This document shows, piece after piece, positions 27,301-39,960 of a stretch of DNA of 64,000 bases; positions within the stretch are counted from its first letter, which is position 1, and each line of letters starts with the position of its first letter. Origin of the DNA: Rhynchobatus australiae. Lineage: Eukaryota. Made by a program: the position numbers and the translations under genes. The DNA is taken from assembly GCA_034780895.1 (NCBI GenBank), contig JAUZTB010000068.1, positions 22,994,781-23,058,780 on the forward strand, written 5' to 3'. The notes beneath the pieces were generated by a model. It saw only the letters and a program-made list of their open reading frames with translations, was not told the DNA's origin and searched no databases.

Positions 27301-27519
27301 TATCACCTTGCAACCTTAGGAGTAATGCAAACTTTGGAGCAGACCACTAATCCCATTATATTAAGAGCTAACTTTTACATTTATTTTGCATTATGTATTA
27401 TTATTCTAAGTGTCCCATTGCAAATCAAATGCAATTAATTTCTTTGAAGGGCAGTTGTTATTTAATTTGCATTGTGTTCCAACAACTTTCCACAGACAGT
27501 GTTTTTATTATTAATTTTT

Positions 27520-27790
27520 TTCAGGATGCAGGAATCATCAGCAAGGGCACCACTTATTTCCCATTCATAATTGCCCTTAAGAAGGTATTGGTAAGCCATG
27601 ATCTTCAACCACTGGTGAAGACAGTCACACAGGGAGTAGGGAGTTCCAGGATTTAGACCCAGCAACAATGCAGGGGTTGGCAATACATTTCCAAGTCAAC
27701 GTGACATATCATTCGATGGGGACCCTGCAGATAGTGGTGTCCCCATATCCTCCTTGGTGGTAGAGGTCACTAACTTGAGAATTGTTGTTG
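27520..27790 (-). mobile_element. CR1/L2-type LINE 3' tail, minus strand
   Basis: ttatttcccattcataattgcccttaagaaggt..tggtaagcc...gggagttccaggatttagaccc is the reverse complement of the tail at 16650-16800. Confidence 0.6.
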
Positions 27791-30420
27791 GAGTAGCTTG
27801 CCAGAAAAAGGGATATTTGCTCAAGACTTCAGATGAACATTCTGCTTTTCAAATCAGTGATAAACGTTGATCCCAGAGCCATCAGCTGTGCTCAAAAGAG
27901 CATTCCTCAAACACATCTCCCCAAATGAAGTGAACCACCTGGGAGAGTGCTCTGAGATATCCTGAGACACTGTTTAAACATTTGTTTTGCTTTGCTGAAA
28001 CAAGCAGTGTCTCAATTTAATACCTCTACCTGCAGGGTCCCCTTCAAACCATGAGTCATCCTTATTTAGAAATATATTGCCATTCCGTCATTGTTGCTGA
28101 GTCTAAATCCTTACCACTCAGGAGATGTTGTCCAAAAATAAAGAAGGAAAAGCACCACAATCACACACATTTAATTCATTATTCAAAGCTCAATTTCCAT
28201 AACAAATACTGATTTAACAAGTCTTTAATTAAAACCAGCTGACTGTGTAATGATATTCTACTCTATGAGAATGGACAATGTGCTTCCTTTTCCTGCCACT
28301 TTCCTGTTTTTCTGTTTTGAAGCCCACATCCTTCTGTCCAACACAATACAATGTACTAAACTGACCTAATGGCAGGTGGTTAGAGTCTATAGAGCTCCCT
28401 AATATGTTCTGAATTCAGAAAGCAAACACAGGAATAAGTATTTCTATTTCAGCAGAACACATACAGTATTCACGTACATTGACAGATACAGTACTGTACA
28501 TGTGTGCACATATGTATGTGTTTGTGTGTGTTCAGTGTGTATACATAAATATGGGCCACTATATACACATTTACTGATACATATTGTACCTGCATGCATA
28601 CGTCTGTCTGTTCTCCATTAGTACATAAACCTGGGCTATTATATACACATTTAAGATACAGGATCATACATGTATATATTTGTGTGTGTGTGTGTGCTTG
28701 CGTTCTCTGTGTATACCTAAACAAATACTTTGTACAAATTTACATCTGCAGGTTTATATACACAGCAATATAATATACATGCTAATTTAAACATGCCAGT
28801 ATTTTACATAATAATACACATGGAAATATATAAATATTCCATAGAGGCATAATTAGAGATTGTTATATGTTATTTCCTCTGTATTATAAGGAATGACTGA
28901 AGTTACGTACTAGTAACTCTAAATTTGACATAACTGGTTCTACAGGTTGACTGGCAGTGAAAGAAAGCAGCTTATTGATTGACTCCAAGTTCTTAACATG
29001 GAAAAAGCTTAAAAGAATACATTTAAGTATGTAGAAAGTACAGTAAGAATGATAGTCCTGAGGAGTATGCACTACACATTGTTGTTCCACATCCACTTCA
29101 CCTGCAAATTTTACAAGTCATGAGGCATTTTTCTGAGAGGCACACATCCACAGGAAAGGTATGTCATAAGTCATGCATTTCTCTCGCCGTTTGTACTACA
29201 ACAACATCTTTCAACTTTCATACAAATTACTTTCTTAACACAACAGCTTGTATGATTTTACACTGTTGTGAGTTAACAGCAGAATATGTTTCTCCAACTG
29301 AATGTTTATGGACTGCAAACAAGACATGTTTTCCTTAAAATGAAGAAAAAAAATAGTACACATTTGATATGTCTGACAACATGCTGGCAAATGAATGGGC
29401 ACATTCCCTAAGGTGAGGAAGAACAGAAGTCTCTAATGTGCCTTTATAATCTTCATGTTATTTCATTATATTCCCCAGTCATAATTATTCTTCTATTAAG
29501 TTATAATAAATGACAATGTTGATTACAATCGCTATCAAGATGCCTGTTTCACTTTAGCTATTGTTCCCTTGTGTTTCTAATGTGGTTTATGTTGTATTAA
29601 ATTGTAAGAAACATCAGTGTTAAATGTTGTATGTCATGACATCAGTATGTACCCTGTGCATTCTCTTGCACAGACACATTCTTGGACAAGTACTTGACAT
29701 TGTACAACTGAATCTGTAAGTTTGAGCATTTATTGGCTATTATTGTACAAGGACCTGTCCTCATCATTTGATTTTAATAGGTGTCCGGGACATGAACAAA
29801 TTCAGCAAATCACTATGTAGTATTTGGAGATACTAGATCCATGATGATTAAACAATGCTGCAGAATCAGTTTACTGCTGAGTTGTTTTATAACCAATCAC
29901 AATCTCCTGTGTATTATGAGAATCAAATTAGCAATGAACAGTTGGGAGCCTAATCTGAAATAAAAGTATGTAAATGAATGTAATATGATTTGTTTATGGA
30001 GTTTTCATTGGAAAGCTTTCACACAAAAAATACTTTGTTGAAAGATTTCAAAGGCAACATCTTTAAAACAGTCCCATTGTTCTGAAGAATTATCAGGGTT
30101 AAGGTCTTGCATTATCAACATTTTCTGAATAAAAATGTGTTCAATTTTTTAAAAATGTGTTTACTGCAAAGAATGTGATGAACTGCATTATAGCAAATTC
30201 TCATTAATTACTGATTAGTTAAATGACAACTTGGGCTTTTTCATAACTGTAATGAGAAACTAAATCAAGACTGTATGTTTTCAAAATTAGTATGTGAATG
30301 TTTTTCATTGCAAATCATCGTGATATTGGCAAAGTGGATTCAAAAGGATCCACTTTATCTGATGTGTTGCATATTGCTAGCATTTTCATTAATTGGCAAT
30401 AAATTGACTTCACAATATGC

Positions 30421-30517
30421 CTATTTAAAGGAATATCTATCCGGTGGCTTTAAGAGTGTGGTCTAAGTTAGCACTTCAGTCAGGCTCCAGTTTGCCTATG
30501 AGAATTGCCAGGTGAGA
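30421..30517 (+). promoter_or_regulatory. Candidate TATA-like promoter plus short upstream first exon of FHL3
   Basis: CTATTTAAAG at 30421-30430, ATG at 30498, strong donor CAG|GTGAGA at 30511/30512. Its phase is compatible with the acceptor at 47956. Confidence 0.35.
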
Positions 30518-30899
30518 TGAGGTGGTTATTCTGTGAGAGTTCACCCTGCTTACTTGCACTGATTTGGACTTTGAACATTGCTTCCAGTCTGCTGGTGTGA
30601 ATGAAAACCTGTAGAGTGAAAAGCAAGAAAATGTGGCAATTATGAACAATTATGTCCTTTAACCTTCACAAGTCCCCCTCTACTCCCTGAGGTGGACTCT
30701 TTCTAATGGCCTAAGGTACATGTTGACTCCTTCTTCAGCTGTACTTTGAGTTCATTGACAACTCCCATTACAGATCTGAGGTAACTGATGAGGCTAGTGA
30801 AGGATCCTGGACTTTTCCACAGATGTGGCAGGAAGTATTTAAGGTGGTCCACACCTCCTGCTGTTTATGCTGGGCTTCCATGTGGTTCCAATATGTGGA

Positions 30900-32500
30900 T
30901 CTGAATCACTCAGTGTCACCCTGAATAGTAATTTTCCACCTTGAATGATCAGACTCCTGGGAATCCCTAGTGAATGGGGATGGTGTACTTTTAAAAAAGG
31001 CTTTGAGAATATCCTTGAGTCCTTTCCACTGTCTACCTGGTATATCTTGCTGTTCAGAGCTTGGAATAGGGTGTCTGTTTCAGGAGTCTGGTATCACGCA
31101 TGTGATGTGATGCAGTGTGCCCAATGGAGTCAAATGAATGCAACTAAAGCCTCAGTAATGGGCTTGTTGCCCTAGGGTGAGAACTGATGTTGGTTTGCTT
31201 AACCTTCCAGTGGATTTTGCAGCAACAACACTGAAGGTTTCTCTCCAGTGCCTTTAAGTGCCTGTTACAGGTAGTCCAGGTCTCAGAAGTGTCCAGGAGG
31301 GCAGTGATCACTGCTGCCTGGTGGACTGTGGGTTTTGTGCCAGGTTGAAGTGTAGATCGTCAAATACCCTTGTCTTCAGTTGGTCAAAGACAATGTTGAT
31401 ATATTGATGCTGAAGTTCACCATAATGTCTACCTTCATTGGGAGATGGGAAGTGGTTCATATTTTCCAGGATCCTACCTTGAGCTTTTATTATCAGAAGG
31501 TAATGTTGTACAGCAGGGTCAGGTTGGTAGATGTTTGCTTTGCAGACATTGAGTGTAGTCGCATCCTTTTGGAGGCATTAGGTGAACAAGTCAACTATGA
31601 CTTGTGGCTCAGCCCCTCAATGCATGCAATCGTAAGTGAAATTTATGTACCTCGGATCAGCTAGTGAGGCTTGGGAACCCCTTATTTCTGGAGGGTGGCT
31701 GCCATAGGTTGAACAGTTTTCCACTGGTCCTGTAGATGTGCACTACTCTAGCAAAAAAACTTGTTGGAGATGTGATGCAGGGGAATTTGAGGTGGCTGCT
31801 CATTTGACCTCCCCCCCACCGATCGTGAAGAGTCGAAGGCAACAGTGAGGTTGAAAAGCACTATGTTGGTGAAGCTCCTGTGTTTCTGCTGGAGTCATTA
31901 TAGAGTGAAGCTCATGTCCACTCGATGGAATCCAAACTGCAATTTAGGGAACAGCTCTTCAGCCAGCGTAGGAGGACATTGGTGATAATTTTCCCCGTGG
32001 AGATGGCAGGGACACCCTTCTCCAGTTACCAGTCGGATTTGTCTCCTTTCCTCTCTGGAAGATGGTTACAGTGACAACTGTCACTGTGGTTCCTTGGAAT
32101 ATCCTTCGCTTCCCAGATATGAGCAATGAAGATTTGAGTGAAATTCCTTACTGCTGAGTTTTGGCATCTCACCAGCGATACCAACTGCCCCCAAGGCCTT
32201 GAGTTTTGGTTGGAGTGTAGCTTTTTCAACTTCTTGATGGGCATCAAGGTTGGACCAAGTCGGTTTTGTGGAATGGATGTGAAGGAAAGAGTCATGGTTG
32301 AGGAAGTCTTCAGGACCTCTTGCAGTGGGCATAGACTGCTCTCTGTCCATTTTAACCTCCATTTATTTAACCTCCATTTTTGGCCCTCGGTGGGGTTGGG
32401 CTTTGAGTGCTTTGGCTTTGATAGTGCTGAGGAAATCCACAGTGTCAGGCCTGTTAGCAGACTGCTGGAGCTTCTGCACTCTTCCCACGTACCATCTGTT
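30900..32500 (-). mobile_element. Decayed RTE-clade LINE (reverse transcriptase region)
   Basis: Minus-strand motifs EVEKA..Q.K..KA.GA.GI..E, KGDKSD.GN, and further 3' ITALLDTSETWTTCNRHLKALE (compare RTE LLY.SETWT.Y..H...LE). Many stops and frameshifts. Confidence 0.75.
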
Positions 32501-32519
32501 CTTAAGGTCAGAGGTTTTA

Positions 32520-32805
32520 TAGTTGTACAGCATAGAAGTGGACCCTAGCACTCACCACATCCATGCCAATCACCATGTCTATCTATACCAATCCCACTTG
32601 CCTGCATAAGTTCCATACTCCTCTATGCTTTGCTCATTTGAGTAGTTATCCAGATGCCTTTTAAATGTTACTATTCCTGCCTCCACCACCACCTTTGACA
32701 GCTCATTTCATAACTACTCTTTGTATGAAAAATTTACCCCTCAGATCCCCTTTAAATCTTCCTCGCACCTTAAACTTGTGCCCTCTAGTTTTAGACACTC
32801 CATTT
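32520..32805 (-). mobile_element. CR1 LINE 3' tail
   Basis: atcccacttgcctgca..., cctgcctccaccacc, ccctcagatcccctttaaatctt...ccttaaacttgtgccctctagttttagac is the reverse complement of the CR1 end at 50240-50460. Confidence 0.7.
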
Positions 32806-33954
32806 CTGCCTGCCTGCATTTCTTCCAGTACCTGCAGAGCTGTTCCTGTTCTTTTCCTTTGGAGCATGGTGAGCTTCAAATGTGTTTGTAATTAATTGGT
32901 TCCTGGATCTCAAGGTCATTCTCCTTCTGATACTCCAGATTTCGGTATTGAGTTAACATTGCCATAAAGCAGAAGTTTTGAACAATGATTGATTTAGATA
33001 AGATGTGTGTCCTATTCAACATTAGGAGAATTTGTAAGTCCATCCACCCAGCAGATACAGGGTGGTAGCAGAGTTTAAAATCCATATTTTGGTTTTGCTG
33101 CCCCATTCCCACCCTGAACTGGTGTAGGATACCTGTTTGGGGTTGGTGACTCCCCAGCTGGTGCCCTGTCCTAAGAAGCATGTGGTCTTCATCTGCAAAC
33201 CCTGAGGCAGAGAGTTCTCTTGCTCTGAGAGTTCTGATGTAGTTTGTTCTCTTGCATAAATTCTCAACATCTAATCATAAATCTCATCACTGGCCTCATA
33301 ACCTACACTGAGATCACTGAACAAATTACAAAGTGGTCATAGAATAACTTTCTGTGATTACATCATCCTGCAAAACAGTTTTGCTTCACTGACTGCCATT
33401 GTTAGTCACTTAAAATTATCTCTCATTCAGAAATACTTTCCATGACTGAATTCAAACTGATTTATGGACTCTGAATTTAATAGTTAAATCCATTCCGTGT
33501 GGAACACAAGGGAAGACCAATTAAATATGTGTGCAGTGAATTCTGGTGTTTATTGTTGCTCCAAGCAACACAAAAGAAACATTGTAGATTGATGAGAATT
33601 GAACATTGCATCAAACCAAGTTGTTATATGACAGCTTATGATGTCACATGACTAAATCACGCCAGGCACCTTTNNNNNNNNNNNNNNNNNNNNNNNNNNN
33701 NNNNNNNNNNNNNNNNNNNNNNNNNNNNNNNNNNNNNNNNNNNNNNNNNNNNNNNNNNNNNNATAAAGCCTGAACTCTGGAACTTAGTAACACCTACCAC
33801 AGTCCTTTCAGAACTGTTCCCACAGTCCATTCTCGGCTGTCTTTCAGAGCTTGCGCCTTCTATATTTTTACCTGACTGTTCGAGATTGATGTGTTCAAGT
33901 GCTGAGACATCAAACTATCCTCTGGCTTCATGCACAGAACTTAGTGTCTTTTAT

Positions 33955-34058
33955 TAAGATAAGATAAGGTATCTTTTATTGGTCACATGTATATCAAAAC
34001 ACACAGTGAAGTGCATCTTTTGCGTAGAGTGTTCTGGGGCGGCCCACAAGTGTTGCCG
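33955..34058 (-). mobile_element. 3' fragment of the SINE family at 8628-9083
   Basis: taagataagataaggtatcttttattggtcacatgta...acacagtgaa.tgcatcttttgc.tagagtgttctgggg is near-identical to 8628-8714. Confidence 0.85.
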
Positions 34059-37000
34059 TAATGCATTATATTTGTCTGTGTCTTTTTCCACTCTCTCTAC
34101 TTCCTCAATTTTGTTTTTCCCTCTCATTTATTCATCTGTCCCTTACATTTCTACCTTTATTTCTACCAATTTCCAATGTCTCCCTTCTTTCCATCTCTTT
34201 TTCTGCTGTTCTCTCTCTCTCTTTCTCTTCTCTCATTTTCTAACTTTCCTTCTCTCTGCTACAGCAATTGAAACTTTTCTTTGGCTGCTGGATGATTCTG
34301 CTCAGGATGCTGGATTGACCCCAACAGTGCAAGGGTTGGGATTGGCAGAAATCCAAAACAAAACAGGAAACTCATTGTCTGTTCGTTCATATGTTTCAAC
34401 CTTGGCCACAAAGCGCACATCATTTCAACATAAATCAGTGTCTTTCTGCAGGAGGAAAGAAAACTTTACATCGAAGGGTCTCAAGATCACAATTTTCAGG
34501 GCCATAAGTGTGTTCTTTTTCCGTAATGTAAGTATTGTGTTGATGTGTACTACTGATGATCATTATCACAGCTATCTGTACAAGTCCTCAAACTGTTTCA
34601 AGAGTCATTTATTATATAAAAAAACACTTCAATTCCAACATTCTTGAGGAACATCTGGTTTTGTCTGTGACAAGCTAGCACTTTCTCTTGAATTCTTAAG
34701 TGCTGTCAAAAGAGGTGAAACGATATCTACCACGGAAGTTTACGGTGACACTGCAAAGTGTTCAATACTATTCCTCACGTAATTTGCTGGCTGTCACATT
34801 CCTCAATGGAAATAATCTCTTCTGGTCCGCAGACAACAATTTACATCTCCTGTAAATACTGTCATCGACAGTACACTCCTTAAAAATCCAGGCATTGACC
34901 AGCATATACTGCACATGTTCAAAGTGAAAGAAGCCAAGTTGCTTCAAGTGTTAACTAGCTCTTATAGAATATGGTTTTCACTTCCAGTGGTCACATGAAG
35001 GATCTTGTGATTCTCAGCAGGTTTGTCTGTGGAGTAACTGAGTGCCCTCTATTCTGTGCTGTGTTCTTTGGATCCAGCTATCACTGCAGTTGGCTGGGAA
35101 GGGGAAATTGGTTGAGTTCCCACTCTTGATTGCAGTCGCTAGCAGAGGGTACATTTGTGGATTTGGACTGTTTGTGATGCAGTATGATCAAAGTAGCAAA
35201 AAGCAACCCACCCCCACCTCTCCAAGACATGTTGCCATTGCAAGAACTTCGTGCCTCTAGAAAATGGAAAAAAATAGCAATGATGTTATAGATTTATCTT
35301 GGAGAAAGGTTACCAATGTTGCTGTTGTTGGGTGGAACATAGTTGAATCCTGCCTGCACTGAAAGAGTTGTTCTTTAAGCCAATATAAAGTTTTCTTTTG
35401 ATAGCTGGGAAAGCACTTTAATAAAGTGCAGAACCTGGAGTTCTGTGCAGAGACTTTAAATTGAGGCCATGTAATGTGTTGGTTATTGTGAATAAATAAC
35501 TTGTTGAAAAGCAATTTAGATCTGAAGCCANNNNNNNNNNNNNNNNNNNNNNNNNNNNNNNNNNNNNNNNNNNNNNNNNNNNNNNNNNNNNNNNNNNNNN
35601 NNNNNNNNNNNNNNNNNNNNNNNNNNNNNNAAGCCATGATGATGAAGCTGTTTACCAACATTGTGGGCTCCGGATGTGTACGTGAGAAAATTATGCAATA
35701 CCATCTAATTTCATTGTGCATTTATTTTGTGTGTTTTGGTTCCAATCTAGCATGGTCAGATAACAATATTTTCTCTCTAGGGATGCAAGTTGATTGCACA
35801 CAAAAGTCCATAGTTAAGCAGTGACTCCAACTACTTTAGCTCAAGAGTAGAAGATCTATTGCCCCTGATAAATGTTATGCTATGTGATCCTCCAGAATGT
35901 AAAGTTAGAAAAAAGACTTACATTTATATTTCACTTTTGAACAAACCCAGGACATCCTAAAGCTTTTCAGCCAATTAAGTACTTGATAAATTAAATCGGG
36001 TTTGTAATTTAGGAACCAATTAGGCACATTGATTCTGACATTCCAAGATGTTAATCATGCTGGAATTTGTGCCTGTACCACTGAAGATTATAGATTCAAG
36101 TCCCACTCCAATTGCACATAAAATCTAGACTGACTCTCCAGTGCAGTACAGCCTGTGTGTGCTATGCTTTAGATAAAGCTGCCTTTTATGTGATACTCTT
36201 AAGCAGACCCCCGTATTATTTCTCAATAGAAGTTTAACAACTATGGTAATATTTCAAATAAATGATTATTCTGTTAATTATTTATCCTTGCAACTAATGG
36301 TCAGTTCTAAAGNNNNNNNNNNNNNNNNNNNNNNNNNNNNNNNNNNNNNNNNNNNNNNNNNNNNNNNNNNNNNNNNNNNNNNNNNNNNNNNNNNNNNNNN
36401 NNNNNNNNNNNNNNNNNNNNNNNNNNNNNNNNNNNNNNNNNNNNNNNNNNNNNNNNNNNNNNNNNNNNNNNNNNNNNNNNNNNNNNNNNNNNNNNNNNNN
36501 NNNNNNNNNNNNNNNNNNNNNNNNNNNNNNNNNNNNNNNNNNNNNNNNNNNNNNNNNNNNNNNNNNNNNNNNNNNNNNNNNNNNNNNNNNNNNNNNNNNN
36601 NNNNNNNNNNNNNNNNNNNNNNNNNNNNNNNNNNNNNNNNNNNNNNNNNNNNNNNNNNNNNNNNNNNNNNNNNNNNNNNNNNNNNNNNNNNNNNNNNNNN
36701 NNNNNNNNNNNNNNNNNNNNNNNNNNNNNNNNNNNNNNNNNNNNNNNNNNNNNNNNNNNNNNNNNNNNNNNNNNNNNNNNNNNNNNNNNNNNNNNNNNNN
36801 NNNNNNNNNNNNNNNNNNNNNNNNNNNNNNNNNNNNNNNNNNNNNNNNNNNNNNNNNNNNNNNNNNNNNNNNNNNNNNNNNNNNNNNNNNNNNNNNNNNN
36901 NNNNNNNNNNNNNNNNNNNNNNNNNNNNNNNNNNNNNNNNNNNNNNNNNNNNNNNNNNNNNNNNNNNNNNNNNNNNNNNNNNNNNNNNNNNNNNNNNNNN

Positions 37001-38825
37001 NNNNNNNNNNNNNNNNNNNNNNNNNNNNNNNNNNNNNNNNNNNNNNNNNNNNNNNNNNNNNNNNNNNNNNNNNNNNNNNNNNNNNNNNNNNNNNNNNNNN
37101 NNNNNNNNNNNNNNNNNNNNNNNNNNNNNNNNNNNNNNNNNNNNNNNNNNNNNNNNNNNNNNNNNNNNNNNNNNNNNNNNNNNNNNNNNNNNNNNNNNNN
37201 NNNNNNNNNNNNNNNNNNNNNCACATCACAATACTACCCAGGGATGGTACCAAAGTGGGAAACTGAGCAATCTGGAGGAACAACCAAAAGAAGCAAAAGT
37301 GAGGGCTACAGTAGGATTTCATGAAATTCCTTCTGTCTGCCGATGCTGCTTACACCCAGTAATTAAGTTAAAAGTGGAGGGTTCCCTTTTTAGCACAGCC
37401 TAACTTATTTTTTGCCAACCAAGCATAATAATAACTGTATGTCTTTATTATTGCTTTAATCTTTGGTGTTCTATGTAAGGCAAAAAGTCTCCTCAGATTT
37501 TTGACAAATGTTAATCACTGCTGGTTTGAGTTTGTAGGATTTTTGCCTTGAAAGTCAGAGTTACAGGAAAAGAAACTGCTGTAGTATTTAAAGGTTTGCA
37601 GGGAGCGTTGTGGTGTATTGTGCAGCAGAAAAGAACTGGGAATTGTTTACTGAACCACAATTGTTATGCTGTGTAAATCTTTGGTGTCCAGGAATGCTGA
37701 AGGGTGAGATGCTTATATTGAGAAGGAGGATGCTCTGGACAGTAAAGTCTTCCATTTGTGTCCGTCACTATCGTGAACCTGATTGATACTGTAGATGGGA
37801 GAATGATATTGCAGGAGATGATAGATATATGGCAACCCTGTATCCTTTGAAACTATTACAACCATTGAAACAACTGTCTCGTAGCTTTAGTTAAGATTCA
37901 GACTTCTTTCTTGGGTGACTGCTGTGCACATGAAATCCTAATAGTGTTGTTAATTGCTCACTGAGCCGTACCCTCTTAAGTCTTGCATCCGTTGTGATAG
38001 GCTGGAACTTCTGCCTACGACAGGCTGCTGTTCTTGTCAGTGATCCAATGTGAAAAGTGCAGACTTGTACAGTATTCTGAACTTCCAAAGTTGTCCCAAT
38101 TCTCAATGATGTATAATGTTGCTGTTTACCCATAGAATTCCAATGTACCAACCACTTCTTATTCACAGCCATTACACAGAACTGCTTCTACAAGCAAAAC
38201 AGTTAATTATAAAGTGTCATCCAAATGTAAATGTTCTCCAGTTATATTGAATTAAATGCATTCTCTACATAGTTAATGTTACCAAGCTGCTGGCACTGTT
38301 TCAAAATTAATGTTGTAAGTTGGATTTTGGTTTGTTTTATTTGTATTGAATTGCTGAAATAGAATCCTCACAGCAAAGTCTTTGAAATTGGTTGTTCTTA
38401 TCCCTGATTTAGAGTAATGTGGTGGAAATAGAACATTTCTAGACAAGTTTGCATTCAAATTATAGGATTTTATTGCACAGTGCATTAAAACAACAGGCTC
38501 CCACATCCCATTAACAATTGAGAAGGTGCAGACCAATTCTCTCAGTTACTTACTTGTATTCATATAAGTGAAAAGATTTTTACATGTCTGTCATTGTTCA
38601 GTTGGTTCTGCACACTTACTTCCATCCCCTTGATCATCGACCCCTGTAAAGTTCCAGGTTCATCCCAAACTTCATTGCTGATCTGAAAAAGATAGCAGCC
38701 ATCAGAACAGCTGCATTAGTCAAGGACAAGCTGTTTAAAGTAAAAATTCACCTCTGGTGTAACTTCCAAAATACTAGATATGAGAATGCATAATGGACTT
38801 CTGATCAATGAGCACCCATGAAGAA

Positions 38826-39432
38826 TCAGTATCCACAGTTCTCGGTGGCCACCCACTTCAATTCCACATCCCATTCCCACACTAACACATCTATCCATGG
38901 CCTCCTCTACTGCCACATTGAGGCCAGGTGCAGGTTGGAGGAACAACACCTCATATTCTGCCTTGGGAGTCTTCAACCTGATGGCCTCAACATCGATTTC
39001 TCTAANNNNNNNNNNNNNNNNNNNNNNNNNNNNNNNNNNNNNNNNNNNNNNNNNNNNNNNNNNNNNNNNNNNNNNNNNNNNNNNNNNNNNNNNNNNNNNN
39101 NNNNNNNNNNNNNNNNNNNNNNNNNNNNNNNNNNNNNNNNNNNNNNNNNNNNNNNNNNNNNNNNNNNNNNNNNNNNNNNNNNNNNNNNNNNNNNNNNNNN
39201 NNNNNNNNNNNNNNNNNNNNNNNNNNNNNNNNNNNNNNNNNNNNNNNNNNNNNNNNNNNNNNNCTCACCTCTCCCCTGCCTGCGTGTGCTCCTCCCCCCA
39301 CCCTTTTCTCCTGGCTTCTGCCCTCTTCCCTTCCAGTCCTGATGAAGGGACTTGGCCCAAAACGTCGACTGTTTATTTCCTTCCATGGATGCTGCCTGAC
39401 CTGCTGAGTTCCTCCAGCACTTTTTGTGTATT
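38826..39432 (+). mobile_element. Penelope-like element 3' end: GIY-YIG endonuclease C-terminus plus terminal repeat with a hammerhead-like motif
   Basis: VATHFNSTSHS...GLLYC..EA.CRLEEQHLIFCLGSLQPDGLNIDFS is a typical PLE endonuclease end (VA.HF...E...I..L....P.GLN). After the gap: cagtcCTGATGAagggacttggcccAAAACgtcgactg. Confidence 0.85.
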
Positions 39433-39624
39433 GCCACAGTTACATTGTCTGCCTTTTCACATCTCTCTGAAGATACCTGTCTTACTCAGTGATGCGTATG
39501 CATCTCCTGTAATTACTGTATAACATCAGTCTGAGAAAAAATGGTTATTATTGAATGAATCACTGAACTCATTGCAAAGATTGATATTTCTGTTAAATTC
39601 CACTTCCTTTTTTTAATTCCCTTT

Positions 39625-39960
39625 GTTCATTCCTAAGATGTGGCTGATGCTGGCAAGGCTAGCGTTTAATGCCCATCCTTGAACTGTTCTTGAAAAGGTG
39701 GTGGTGAGCCACTTTCTTGAACCACTACAGTTTAATAGACAAGATACTGTTGGGTAACTCAAACAGTAATGCTGGAAGAACTTGGATTCCAGTATTTGCA
39801 GTTTAATTTGTTTTCCAAAACTGTTGGATAAGGAGCAACAAAGAAAGTATGGTGATACATTTCCAAGTTAGGACTGTGTGTGACTTACAGGAGAACTTGA
39901 AGGTGAGGTCAATCCCTTGCTCCTGCTGCCTTGGCCTTCTGATTGGTCAAGGACATAGAT
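39625..39960 (-). mobile_element. CR1/L2-type LINE 3' tail, minus strand
   Basis: gctggcaaggctagcgtttaatgcccatcc...cttgaaaaggtggtggtgagcc is the reverse complement of the shared tail. Confidence 0.6.

Noticed and set aside
28480-28830. TA/TG/CA-rich stretch with an ORF
   Set aside because: Low-complexity decayed microsatellite sequence.
33979-34647. 222-aa ORF, the longest without Ns
   Set aside because: It starts inside a SINE fragment and runs through a CT-rich low-complexity tract that is depleted of stops; no recognisable domain.
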